DNA of 64,000 nt from an uncultured Acidobacteriota bacterium (GTDB lineage Bacteria > Acidobacteriota > Vicinamibacteria > Vicinamibacterales > CAVVIG01): the NCBI GenBank assembly GCA_963792175.1, contig CAWBVG010000034.1, positions 85,830 to 149,829 of the forward strand. Reading direction: 5' to 3'. The position numbers and the translations under genes were made by a program. The notes beneath the pieces were generated by a model. That model did no database searches. It was not told the DNA's origin and worked only from the letters and a program-made list of their open reading frames with translations. This document shows, in pieces, positions 49,097 to 58,258 of this stretch; position 1 is the stretch's first letter, and every line of letters begins with the position of its first letter.

Positions 49097-49856
49097 GACG
49101 AGACTTTACTGGATTTCAATCAATGCCGGGCAGGCGCTGTTCACGGGCGTGTGGACCGGTCTCTGGGTGACCACGGCGCTGCTGATCATGGTGTTCACCC
49201 GTGACAAAAGGATTCCACTAGCGATGGCCCGCCGGATCTGGGCACCAGGGTTGATTCGGTGCGTGGGGGCGAAGCTGGATGTCCGGGGGCTCGAGAACGT
49301 AGACTTCAGCCGCCCTCACGTCTTCGTCGCGAATCATGTGTCGACGATCGATATCCCCGTCGTCTTCGCCGCGATTCCGGTGAACCTTCGATTCATCATC
49401 AAGAAAGAGCTGACATACGCGCCGTTCGTGGGACTCTTCGCCTGGGCCACCGGGATGGTTTTCGTCGATCGGAAGGAAAGCAAGGGCGCCCTTGCTGTCG
49501 TGAAGCGCGTGGGATCGCTGAGCGCCGCAGGGCAAAGTGTGATCGCGTTTCCCGAGGGGACGCGCAATCGGAGTAACACGCTCCTGCCCTTCAAGAAGGG
49601 CGTTTTTGTTGCGGCGTATCACGCAGGCGTGCCGATCGTGCCCCTGGCCATCGACGGCTCGCGCGAGGTGATGCCGCCCCCCACGTGGGCGCTGCGGCCA
49701 GGCCCTATCCGCGTGGCCATTGGCAAACCGATCCCGACGGCAGGGCTGTCGCGGGAAGACAGCGAAACCCTGCCGAAACGTGCGCACGAAGCGGTCGCCG
49801 CGCTTCGGAAGACCATCGCAAGCGGCCTTCCGCCAGTCGTTCAGTCGGGGCGCTGA
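49095..49856 (+). CDS. plsC: 1-acyl(alkyl)-glycerol-3-phosphate acyltransferase
   Basis: FVANHVSTID (NHX4D), FIIKKEL, VFVDR, FPEGTR, PFKKG, VPIVP; ATG 49095. Confidence 0.9.
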   Translation: MTRLYWISINAGQALFTGVWTGLWVTTALLIMVFTRDKRIPLAMARRIWAPGLIRCVGAKLDVRGLENVDFSRPHVFVANHVSTIDIPVVFAAIPVNLRFIIKKELTYAPFVGLFAWATGMVFVDRKESKGALAVVKRVGSLSAAGQSVIAFPEGTRNRSNTLLPFKKGVFVAAYHAGVPIVPLAIDGSREVMPPPTWALRPGPIRVAIGKPIPTAGLSREDSETLPKRAHEAVAALRKTIASGLPPVVQSGR

Positions 49857-49865
49857 CGCGCGTCC

Positions 49866-50462
49866 ATGCCGTCACTCCTCTCGAATCAGACTGTCGGTGT
49901 GATCGGTTCAGGCACCTTCGAGCACGAGCCATAGGCACGCGCCGTCGGCGAACTGCTCGCCGACCTGGGCGTCAACCTGCTCACCGGCGGCGGCCGCGGT
50001 GTCATGACCGCCGTCAGTCGTGCATTCACTCAACGTCCTCGAACTCGAGGCATTTGTATCGGCATCATTCCGTGCGAGAGCGAGACCGATCGCGCGAGGC
50101 CGAAGGCCGGCTACCCGAACGAGTTCGTCGAGTTGGCGATCCAGACGCACCTTCCGTACAGCGGTGCAGAGGGTACGCACGATCTGTCGCGCAACCACAT
50201 CAACGTGTTGTCGTGCGCGGCGATTATCGCGTTGCCGGGCGAAGCTGGAACAGTGTCTGAAATCGAGCTGGCGATCCGCTACGGCAAGCCGGTGATTGCG
50301 TATTCACCGAACCCGGCGCTGGTAGAACACTTTCCCCGGTCGGTGAGACGCGCGGACAGCATCGATGAGGTCAAAGACTTCCTGCAAGATGCAGCTAGCC
50401 CCCCGCCTTCGCTCGAGCCGACACCCGTGAGCTTCGGCGAGGCAGGCTCCGTTAGTCCCTAG
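49866..50462 (+). pseudogene. LOG/TIGR00725-like Rossmann nucleotide-binding protein with in-frame TAG at 49932
   Basis: MPSLLSNQTVGVIGSGTFEHEP*ARAVGELLADLGVNLLTGGGRGVM...SRNHINVLS...LPGEAGTVSE. Confidence 0.7.
50403..50439 (-). repeat. REP-like palindrome, same family as 16670-16751
   Basis: rc cgccgaagctc...gagcgaaggcgg. Confidence 0.7.
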
Positions 50463-50482
50463 GCCCCAGGTCCCCAGTCCCT
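50452..50482. repeat. Short degenerate heptamer array (GTCCCTA/GGCCCCA-type) over convergent stops
   Basis: ttagtccctaggccccaggtccccagtcccta. Confidence 0.55.
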
Positions 50483-51873
50483 ACGGAGATCATCTTCCCC
50501 GGATTCATCCGATTGTCGGGATCCAGCGCGCGCTTGATCGTCCGCATGATCTCGAGCGATGCCCCGTGTTCCGCTTCGAGATACTTCATCTTGCCGAGCC
50601 CGACGCCATGCTCGCCCGTGCACGTGCCGCCCATGGCGAGCGCCCGTGTCACCATCCGTTCGTTCAGACGCCCTGCCTCCGCGCGCTCCGACGCGCTCTC
50701 CGGATCCAGCACGTAGATCAGGTGGAAGTTGCCGTCGCCGGCATGACCGACCAGGCAGATCGGAAACGGCGCGCCGGCATTGTCCTTCTTGGTTTCGATG
50801 ATGCACTCGGCGAGCCGCGAGATCGGCACGCACACGTCCGTCGTCCACCCCTTGGCGCCGGGCCGCAGCGCCAATGCCGCGTACAGCGCATGATGCCGCG
50901 CCTGCCAGAGCCGCTCGCGATCCTCCAGGTGCGTGGCCCACGTGAAATCACGGCCGCCGTGCTCCAGCGCCAGCGCCTGCACGGTTTCGGCCTGATCGGC
51001 GACGTGTCGCGCGCTGTCGCTGTGAAATTCGAAGAACAGCATCGGCGCCACCGGATAGCTGGTCTTCGAATAGCGATTGACCGCCTCCATCTGCGCCTCG
51101 TCGAGCAGCTCGATGCGCGCGACGGGCACGCCCAGCTGAATCGTGGCGATCACCGTCTCGATGGCGCCCGCGATCGAATCGAACGCGCAGGTCGCCGCAG
51201 AAACCGCCTCCGGCAGCGGATGCAGCCGCACCGTCACTTCGGTGATGACGCCGAGCGTGCCCTCCGATCCGACGAACAGGCGCGTCAGGTCGTAACCGGC
51301 CGCCGATTTTCGCGCGCGCGTTCCGGTCGTGACGATCGATCCGTCGGCGAGCACGACGGTCAGGCCCAGCACGTTCTCGCGCATGGTGCCGTAGCGCACG
51401 GCGGTGGTGCCCGAGGCGCGGGTCGCTGCCATGCCGCCGATCGTCGCGTCCGCGCCAGGATCGACGGGGAAGGTGAGCCCCGTGTTGTTCAACGCCTTGT
51501 TCAGTTGGAGGCGCGTGACGCCCGCCTCGACGGTGGCGTCGAGGTCCTCGGCGCTGACCCGCACGACCCGATTCATCTCGCGAAGGTCGAGGCAGATGCC
51601 GCCGCGGATGGCGTTGACGTGCCCCTCCAGCGAAGTGCCCGCGCCGAACGGGACGACCGGAATCTGCCGCCGGGCGCTGATGGCGAGAATCGCCGCGACT
51701 TCGTCGGTGGAGTGCGGGAAGCAGACGACATCGGGCGCCGCCGGCGCGTGGTACGACTCGCCGTGGCTGTGGTGCTCGCGGACGGCTGCCGCGTCGCTGG
51801 CGCGCGAGCCGAGCAGCGCGCGAAGCTCCCGGATCGCGGATTCAACTGCCGCTTCGGTCGCTGGCGTGGCCAT
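50452..51873 (-). CDS. FAD-linked oxidase, D-lactate dehydrogenase (cytochrome)/GlcD-like
   Basis: PFGAGTSLEGH, FPVDPGADATIGGMAATRASGT, SAAGYDL, GHAGDGNFH, TGEHGVG. Confidence 0.9.
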   Translation of the reverse strand: MATPATEAAVESAIRELRALLGSRASDAAAVREHHSHGESYHAPAAPDVVCFPHSTDEVAAILAISARRQIPVVPFGAGTSLEGHVNAIRGGICLDLREMNRVVRVSAEDLDATVEAGVTRLQLNKALNNTGLTFPVDPGADATIGGMAATRASGTTAVRYGTMRENVLGLTVVLADGSIVTTGTRARKSAAGYDLTRLFVGSEGTLGVITEVTVRLHPLPEAVSAATCAFDSIAGAIETVIATIQLGVPVARIELLDEAQMEAVNRYSKTSYPVAPMLFFEFHSDSARHVADQAETVQALALEHGGRDFTWATHLEDRERLWQARHHALYAALALRPGAKGWTTDVCVPISRLAECIIETKKDNAGAPFPICLVGHAGDGNFHLIYVLDPESASERAEAGRLNERMVTRALAMGGTCTGEHGVGLGKMKYLEAEHGASLEIMRTIKRALDPDNRMNPGKMISVGTGDLGPRD

Positions 51874-53578
51874 CGGTGTTCAGTATAGGGCCGACCGGGA
51901 GCCGGACGATGAACGTCGAGCCGTGGTCCTGGCCGTCGCTCTCCACGACGATTGAGCCGCCGTGCAGGTCCACCAGGTGTTTGACGATGGCGAGACCGAG
52001 GCCGAGGCCGCCGAATCGGCGCTTGCGGCCGGCGTCTTCCTGGCGAAACCGGTCGAACACGTGCGGCAGGAATTCGCGTGAGATGCCCGCGCCGGTGTCG
52101 CGGACGATGATCGAAACGTGGCCGTCGGCGCGCTCCAGCCGCACTTCCACACGTCCGTCGTTCGGCGTGAACTTGATCGCGTTCGACAGCAGGTTCCCGA
52201 CAATCTGCTGCAGCCGATCGGGGTCGCCGGCGATGATGCCCACGGGTCCGTCGACAATCGTCTCGACGCGGATGTTCTTGGCGTCGGCAGCCGGCGTCAT
52301 CGTCTCGACCGCCTCGCGCACGACCTCCGGCAGGCTCACGTCCTTGATGTCGAGGCGGAGCGTACCGCCGTCGACCCGGGCCATGTCGAGCAGGTCCTCA
52401 ACCAGCCGTGTCTGTGCGCGCGCGTTCCGTTCGATCGATTGAATCGCGGCGGCTTGCTGCTCGCCCTGGACGGCGCCCGTCGCCAGCATCCGCGCCCAGC
52501 CGCGGATCGCCGTCAGCGGCGTCCTGAGCTCGTGCGACACCGTCATGAGGAATTCCTGTTCCAGCCGCAGCGCCTTCTCGAGGCGGTCGTTGGCTGCCCT
52601 CAGCCGATCCGCTTCCTCCCGCTGCGTCCGCGCCAGCGCGCGTTCCACCTCGTTCTTCTGATCCGTCTGGCGGAGCAGGGCCACCAGCGTACCGGCCATC
52701 ATCACCGCCAGGACCCCGAAGAACACCGCCGACTCGGCCCCCTGGATTCGCCAGTCGTGCAGCACCTCGTCGCGATCGAGCGACACCGCCACGATGATTG
52801 GCGGCTCGGCCGTCGAACGAAATGCCGTCAGTGTCGCCGGTTCGCCGAGCCGCTCGCTGGTGTCGATCGTTCCGGTCCCGTTGGACCGTTTCGCCGCGGC
52901 GAGGATCGGGTTCGAAACCGCCGATTCCCCGAGCGGCCCTCTGTCTGACGGTTCACGGAACAAGACGATGCCGTCGGGGTGAAACATCCAGATGGCGCCG
53001 CGCCGGCCGACGTCCATCGTCTGAAACAGGTTGCGCATCGAGGACGGAATCATCGCCGCGACGACGATCCCTTGAAACGCGCCGTTGTCGTCGAGCAGCG
53101 GTCGCGCAAATGGAATCACGAACGTCCTGGGCTCGACCACCGTCGGGAAGGGATTGCTGATGATCAGCCGGTCTTTCGGATCGGCGGCGAGCTGTTGGAA
53201 GGCCGCATCGTCGCGGCGCGACTGCCCGACGATGAGCGGTTGCGTCGAGTGACGGATCGTTCCGGTCGCGTCGACGATGGAAATCGAGCCGGTGTGGCGG
53301 AGGCCGGCGCGCGCGGAGGCCAGACTTGGCGCCCAATCCTTTGCCGCCGCCGCCGGGCCGCCGATGCGGCGGCTGTGCATCGCCAGCTGGCGCAACGCGC
53401 TGTCGTCTGCCGCGAGCGTTTCCCGCAGGTACTCCGAGAGGATGAACGCCAGGTTCGATGCGCGCGCCGAGGCCGACGCCAGCGTCTGGGTGCGTCCCGA
53501 CCAGAGCTCGATCCCGCGGAATGCGCCCAGCGTGAACAGCACGCCAAGCGTGAGTCCGACAAAGACAGGCTTGCGCAC
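51842..53578 (-). CDS. Membrane sensor histidine kinase (Cache-like sensor, HisKA, HATPase)
   Basis: Two TM segments; VSHELRTPL, NLLSNAIKFT, DTGAGI, VFDRF, GLGLGL. Confidence 0.93.
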   Translation of the reverse strand: MRKPVFVGLTLGVLFTLGAFRGIELWSGRTQTLASASARASNLAFILSEYLRETLAADDSALRQLAMHSRRIGGPAAAAKDWAPSLASARAGLRHTGSISIVDATGTIRHSTQPLIVGQSRRDDAAFQQLAADPKDRLIISNPFPTVVEPRTFVIPFARPLLDDNGAFQGIVVAAMIPSSMRNLFQTMDVGRRGAIWMFHPDGIVLFREPSDRGPLGESAVSNPILAAAKRSNGTGTIDTSERLGEPATLTAFRSTAEPPIIVAVSLDRDEVLHDWRIQGAESAVFFGVLAVMMAGTLVALLRQTDQKNEVERALARTQREEADRLRAANDRLEKALRLEQEFLMTVSHELRTPLTAIRGWARMLATGAVQGEQQAAAIQSIERNARAQTRLVEDLLDMARVDGGTLRLDIKDVSLPEVVREAVETMTPAADAKNIRVETIVDGPVGIIAGDPDRLQQIVGNLLSNAIKFTPNDGRVEVRLERADGHVSIIVRDTGAGISREFLPHVFDRFRQEDAGRKRRFGGLGLGLAIVKHLVDLHGGSIVVESDGQDHGSTFIVRLPVGPILNTDGHASDRSGS

Positions 53579-53593
53579 AGCGCTAGTGACGGA

Positions 53594-54151
53594 TCATTCC
53601 TGATAGGACAGCGGACGCTCGCGCCGCACGTAGCGGTCGTTGCCCGCCGGTTCGAAGACATGGCACGTGGTCATCTCGCCGCCGTACACGTGGAGCGTGA
53701 TCGACGGCGTCGACAGCGCGTTCGCGAGGATGTGATATTCGAACGGCGGAATCAGGCAGCCCGCCGAGCCGACCGAGGCCTGGACGCACCCCCTGGCCTC
53801 GAACCGGACACCGTCGCCCGATTCGTCGACGAGGTCGAACTGCGTCACGTCCATCTGACCGGACACGACCCCCTCGACGCACCAGATGCCGGCGTGATCG
53901 TGGAGCGGCGTCCGCTGCCCGGGACCCCAGGTCATCACGACGGCGGTATAGCCGAGATCGTCGTTGCGGTGCAGCAAGCGGCGCGCGTAGCCGTCGGTCC
54001 GCACGCGATGAAACCGTTCGGGGAGTCGGATGGTGTGGCCGCGGATGGCATCCTCCAGCTCCTGCTTGACCTGCCGGGTGATCGCGGCAGCATCGCGCAA
54101 CCGCACGGCCGCGTCGATTCGCGCGAGCAGCGTATCCAGGCCGTCGGACAT
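53594..54151 (-). CDS. Cysteine dioxygenase family (cupin) protein
   Basis: YARRLL, TWGPGQRTPLHDHAG, PPFEYH, TLHVYGG; TATACT-N6-ATG 54151. Confidence 0.82.
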   Translation of the reverse strand: MSDGLDTLLARIDAAVRLRDAAAITRQVKQELEDAIRGHTIRLPERFHRVRTDGYARRLLHRNDDLGYTAVVMTWGPGQRTPLHDHAGIWCVEGVVSGQMDVTQFDLVDESGDGVRFEARGCVQASVGSAGCLIPPFEYHILANALSTPSITLHVYGGEMTTCHVFEPAGNDRYVRRERPLSYQE

Positions 54152-54236
54152 CCTGACAGTATATCGAGCGCCTTCCGACAATTCTGCAATCCGGCTGTTC
54201 CGCCGCCGCGCAATTTATCTTTTCTGTATGGCGTGG

Positions 54237-54245
54237 TGATATTCT
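54237..54245 (+). promoter_or_regulatory. Extended -10 promoter of the ACP-FAAL-spt operon
   Basis: TG-a-TATTCT preceded by an AT-rich tract, 14 nt upstream of ATG 54260. Confidence 0.55.
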
Positions 54246-54259
54246 TACCCACTTCATAC

Positions 54260-54523
54260 ATGGTCCAGCCTGCCTCGGCCTCCCTCGAACATACTGTGAT
54301 AGACGTGCTGAAGAACGTGAGTCGACGGCCGATCGAGCCGACGATGGACAGCGATCTGGTCGCCGATCTCGGCTTCGATTCGCTCCAGGTCCTGGAGCTG
54401 GTTGCCGAGCTCGAAGATCGCTTCGACGTCTCGATTCCGTTGAACGATGTGCCGTCCACGCGTACGGTCGCCCAGATCGTCGCGCAGGTGGCGCGTCTCG
54501 TGGGAGAACGACCAACAGCCTGA
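54260..54523 (+). CDS. Acyl carrier protein
   Basis: LVADLGFDSLQVLELVAELEDRFDVSIP phosphopantetheine motif. Confidence 0.93.
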   Translation: MVQPASASLEHTVIDVLKNVSRRPIEPTMDSDLVADLGFDSLQVLELVAELEDRFDVSIPLNDVPSTRTVAQIVAQVARLVGERPTA

Positions 54524-56121
54524 TGGGCCGATTGCGGACGCTGCCGGACGCGCTTGCCGACGCCGCGCGCGGGGATGCTGGATATCTCTTCGCGGCCGGT
54601 CGCGCGGACACGTTTCGCTCGTTTGCCGACATCCGCATCGCGTCGATGCGGGCGGCGCGGGCGCTGCGCGAGGCGGGACTCCGCCGCGGCGACCTCGTCG
54701 CGCTCGTCATCGCGGACGCCGAAGCCTTCCTGACGATGTTGTGTGCGGCGTCGATGGCGGGCGTGATTCCGGCCTCGTTGTATCCGCCGGCGCTGATGGG
54801 CGCTGGCGATCTGTCCCGATACTTCCAGCTGACCGCCGGCATTCTGCGCGCCGCTCGCGCCAGGGCGGTCGTCACCAGTGCGGCGCTCGTGCCGGCGTTC
54901 GACGGCCTGCGGCCGCGCTGCCCGTCGCTGTCGCTGGTGATCGCGCACGAGCAGTGCGACGCGCCGCTCGTCGAGCCGGACGTTCTGCCGGCGCTCGATG
55001 ACATCGCGTTCGTCCAGTTCACGTCGGGGTCGACCTCGGCGCCGAAAGGCGTGGCGCTCACGCACGCCAACCTGTCGGCCAACATCGATGCGATCAACGG
55101 ACCCGCTGGCCTGATGACGGGCGCCGACGACGTCGGCGTGAGCTGGCTGCCGCTCAATCACGACATGGGGCTGGTCGGCATGGCGCTTGGCGCGATGTAC
55201 GCCGCGCGTCCCTGCGTGCTGCTGCCGCCGCAGACGTTCGTGAAGCGCCCGGCCGAGTGGCTGCGGGCGCTGACGCGCCATGGCGGCACCATCAGTTTTG
55301 CGCCGTCCTTTGCCTACGACTTGTGCGTGCGCCGCATCAAGGACGCCGATCTCGAAGGCCTCGACCTGTCGCGGTGGCGCGTGGCCGGCTGCGGCGCCGA
55401 GCCGATCCATCCGCCGACCCTCGCGGCCTTCGCGCGCAAGTTCGCGCCCGTCGGCTTCCGCGAGACCAGCTTCCTCCCGAGCTACGGCCTCGCGGAGCAC
55501 GTGCTGGCTGCGACGTTTGCGCCGCGGGGGCGCCCGCTCCGCACCGAGAATTCGCTCGTCAGCTGCGGTGCCCCGCTGCCCGGCCATGCAATCCGCATCG
55601 TGGACGAGGACAACCAGCCGGTGCCCGAGCGCCGCGTCGGCGAGATTCTGCTGTCGGGCCCCTCCGTGATGCTGGGCTACTATCACCAGGACGAGCCCGG
55701 TGACGCGATCGAAGATGGCTGGTTGCGCACGGGCGATCTGGGATACCTGGCCGACGGCGAGTTGTTCGTGTGCGGGAGAGCGAAGGACGTCATCATTGCG
55801 CACGGCCGCAAGTACCATCCGCAGGACCTCGAGTGGGCCGTGGACGATCTGGCCGGGGTGCGGCGCGGCCGGGTGGTCGCGTTCGGCACCGCCGGAGCCG
55901 GGCGCGCGGATCGCGTCGTGATGGTGGTAGAGCCGAACGGGACGGTGCCCGCGGCGTCGCTGACCGACATGGTGCGGCGCCGCATTGGCGATCTCTTCGG
56001 CCTGTACGTCGACGAGGTCGCGATCGTGCCAAGCGGGACGGTCGGGCGGACGACCAGCGGCAAGGTGCAGCGCGCAGCGACGCGAGAACGGTGGGCGTCG
56101 CTGGCGGAGCGCGAGAGCTGA
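54523..56121 (+). CDS. Fatty acyl-AMP ligase / acyl-ACP synthetase
   Basis: QFTSGSTSAPKGV, SWLPLNHDMGLVG, GAEPI, SYGLAE, LRTGDLG, GRAKDVII, RTTSGKVQR. Confidence 0.92.
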   Translation: MGRLRTLPDALADAARGDAGYLFAAGRADTFRSFADIRIASMRAARALREAGLRRGDLVALVIADAEAFLTMLCAASMAGVIPASLYPPALMGAGDLSRYFQLTAGILRAARARAVVTSAALVPAFDGLRPRCPSLSLVIAHEQCDAPLVEPDVLPALDDIAFVQFTSGSTSAPKGVALTHANLSANIDAINGPAGLMTGADDVGVSWLPLNHDMGLVGMALGAMYAARPCVLLPPQTFVKRPAEWLRALTRHGGTISFAPSFAYDLCVRRIKDADLEGLDLSRWRVAGCGAEPIHPPTLAAFARKFAPVGFRETSFLPSYGLAEHVLAATFAPRGRPLRTENSLVSCGAPLPGHAIRIVDEDNQPVPERRVGEILLSGPSVMLGYYHQDEPGDAIEDGWLRTGDLGYLADGELFVCGRAKDVIIAHGRKYHPQDLEWAVDDLAGVRRGRVVAFGTAGAGRADRVVMVVEPNGTVPAASLTDMVRRRIGDLFGLYVDEVAIVPSGTVGRTTSGKVQRAATRERWASLAERES

Positions 56122-56176
56122 GAGCCGAGAGCTGAGAGCCGAGAGCTGAAAGCTGAGCAGCTGAAAGCTGAAAGCT
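56113..56176 (+). repeat. Nine-unit heptamer array GA(G/A)AGC(T/C) filling the FAAL-spt intergenic space
   Basis: gagagct gagagcc gagagct gagagcc gagagct gaaagct gagcagct gaaagct gaaagct, then GTG. Confidence 0.95.
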
Positions 56177-57404
56177 GTGGATTTACTCGACAAACTCCGC
56201 GCCGTCGAACAACGTGCCGCAGCCGTGGCGGACCGATCCGCCATGCCGGGGCTGACCGTCATCGACCGCGTGCTGGGGCCCTGCGAGGTTGTCGTCCAGG
56301 GTCGGCCCACGCTGATGTTCGGCTCGAACAACTACCTGGGCCTCACGCTGCACCCTGACGTCGTCGCGGCGGCCCGCCGCGCGGTCGTGGAGTACGGCAC
56401 GGGCACCACCGGCTCGCGGACCGCGAACGGGACGCTGGCGATTCACGAACAGCTCGAGCGCCAGCTCGCCACCTGGTTCCGGAAGCGCCACGCCATCATC
56501 TTCAGCACCGGCTACCAGGCGAACCTGTCGCTGGTCGGCGGACTGTGCGGGCCGGGCGATGTCATTTTGATCGACCGCGACAGCCACGCGAGCATCTACG
56601 ACGCGACGCGCCAGACCGCGGCACAGGTGATTGGCTTCCGGCACAACTCGCCTGAGAGCCTGCGCAAGAAGCTGGAACGGCTGCCGGGCGCCGAGTCAAA
56701 CCGGCTGGTGGTCGTCGAGGGGCTCTATTCGATCCGCGGCGACGTCGCGCCGCTGCGCGACATCGTCAGTGTCTGCCGCGCGCATCACGCGTACCTGCTC
56801 GTCGACGAGGCGCATTCGCTCGGGACCTATGGCGCCACCGGTCTGGGGTGCGCCGAGGATCAGGGCGTGCTCGACGAGGTCGACTTCATCGTCGGCACCT
56901 TCTCCAAGTCGCTGGCGGGCATCGGCGGCGTGTGCGTGTCGAACCATCCCGAGCTGCGCGCGCTGCACTTCCTCGCGCGGGCCTACGTGTTCACGGCGTC
57001 AGGTTCGCCGTCGAACATCGCCAGCGTCGCCGCGGCGGTGGACGTCGTCCGCGCGCATCCGGAGCTGCGCGATCAGCTGTGGGCGAACGTCCGCCGGCTG
57101 CGCCGTGGTCTGCAGGAGCTCGGTTACGCGATCGGCAGCACCGAATCGCCGATCGTGCCGATTCTCACGGGCGACGAAGAGCGCACGATCGCGCTCTGGC
57201 AGGTACTTGCTCAACGAAGGACTGTACGTGAACCTGATCGTGCCGCCAGGCTGCCCGCGCGACGAGTGCGTGTTGCGGGCGAGCTGCTCGGCGGCGCATA
57301 GCCCCGAGCATCTGACGCGGGCGATGGAGGTGTTCGCCCGCGCCCTCTTACAGCCAGCCTTCGCGTCGATACCACGCAGCGGCCTGCGCGAGTCCTTCGT
57401 CTAG
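56177..57404 (+). CDS. spt: Serine palmitoyltransferase (alpha-oxoamine synthase family); frameshift near 57205
   Basis: FGSNNYLGLT, GTTGSRTANGT, FSTGYQANL, DSHASIYD, FRHNS, VDEAHS, GTFSKS (PLP Lys), SNHP, YVFTAS; context with ACP, ligase, GNAT and reductase. Confidence 0.85.
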
Positions 57405-58258
57405 TCCCACCTCCGCGACCACGCCGAGACGGTCGCGCAGGCGATCGACGCGGCACACGAAGCCGCGGGTGGCCAGTTCGCTGTAGCGGCGGCTGTTCAT
57501 CGGCAGCGGCTTCCCGCGGACGGCTCCGCCGACGTCACCGAGCAACGCCACGAGCTTCAGTACCGCCAACGGTACGGGGACGATCATCGCGCCGCGTCCA
57601 ACCGCCGTTGCGCACACCCTCGAGCAGCGCACGCGTGGTGACCGGATGTCGCGTGGCCGACGAAGAGCACATCGCCGCTCGCCCCTCGATCGACCGCCGC
57701 CGCGATCGCGCGCACCACATCCGTGACGTAGACGAACGTATAGGCGGCCGACGCGCGTCCGATGTTCGGCAGCACGCCACGAGACGCGAGCACGAACAGC
57801 GGCAGCAGGGCCCGGTCGCCGGGGCCGTACACGACGCCCGGTCTCAGAACCGTCCAGCGCAGACCCGTGATGGCCGCCACCACCCGCTCGCCTTCGAGCT
57901 TGCTGCGGCCGTAAGCCGTCATCGGCGCGGGCGGGTCGGCTTCGCGTCGCGGCGCCTGCGGACCGGCCGGACCCGCAGCCGCCAGGCTGGAGATGTGGAC
58001 AAGGCGCGCCTCGCACTCGCGCGCCGCTTCCGCCACCGCCGCCGTCGCGTCGACGTTGACCGCGACGTAGTCTGCGTCGCGCGACGCGGACACCACGCCG
58101 GCGAGGTGGACGACCGTCTCGGCGCCCGCGATCGCTGTGCTGATCGCCGCGCGCTGCAGCGGACGGCCCACCTCGATCACGTCGTCGCCGCGCGACCGGA
58201 GGTGCGCGACGACGTGGCGGCCGATGAATCCGGTGGCGCCGGTGACCGCGATCCGCAT
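57348..58258 (-). CDS. cerR: NAD-dependent epimerase/dehydratase, putative ceramide reductase; frameshifts near 57650-57600
   Basis: IAVTGATGFIG, VHLAG, ISSLAA, YGRSK, LRPGVVYGPGD; translationally coupled to GNAT gene; symbol assigned by context. Confidence 0.7.

Noticed and set aside
49932-49934. Pyrrolysine or stop-codon reassignment
   Set aside because: TAG is used as a normal stop by many genes here and no pyl genes are visible
50452-51873. Second alkyl-DHAP synthase
   Set aside because: Has TGEHGVG and GHAGDGNFH of D-lactate/glycolate dehydrogenases rather than the HHH motif
54260-56121. NRPS/PKS lipopeptide starter module (FAAL + ACP)
   Set aside because: No KS or condensation domains in the window; better explained by the ceramide pathway
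56177-57404. BioF or glycine C-acetyltransferase
   Set aside because: No biotin or tdh genes nearby; DSHASIYD, GTFSKS and SNHP plus ACP/ligase/GNAT/reductase context fit Spt better
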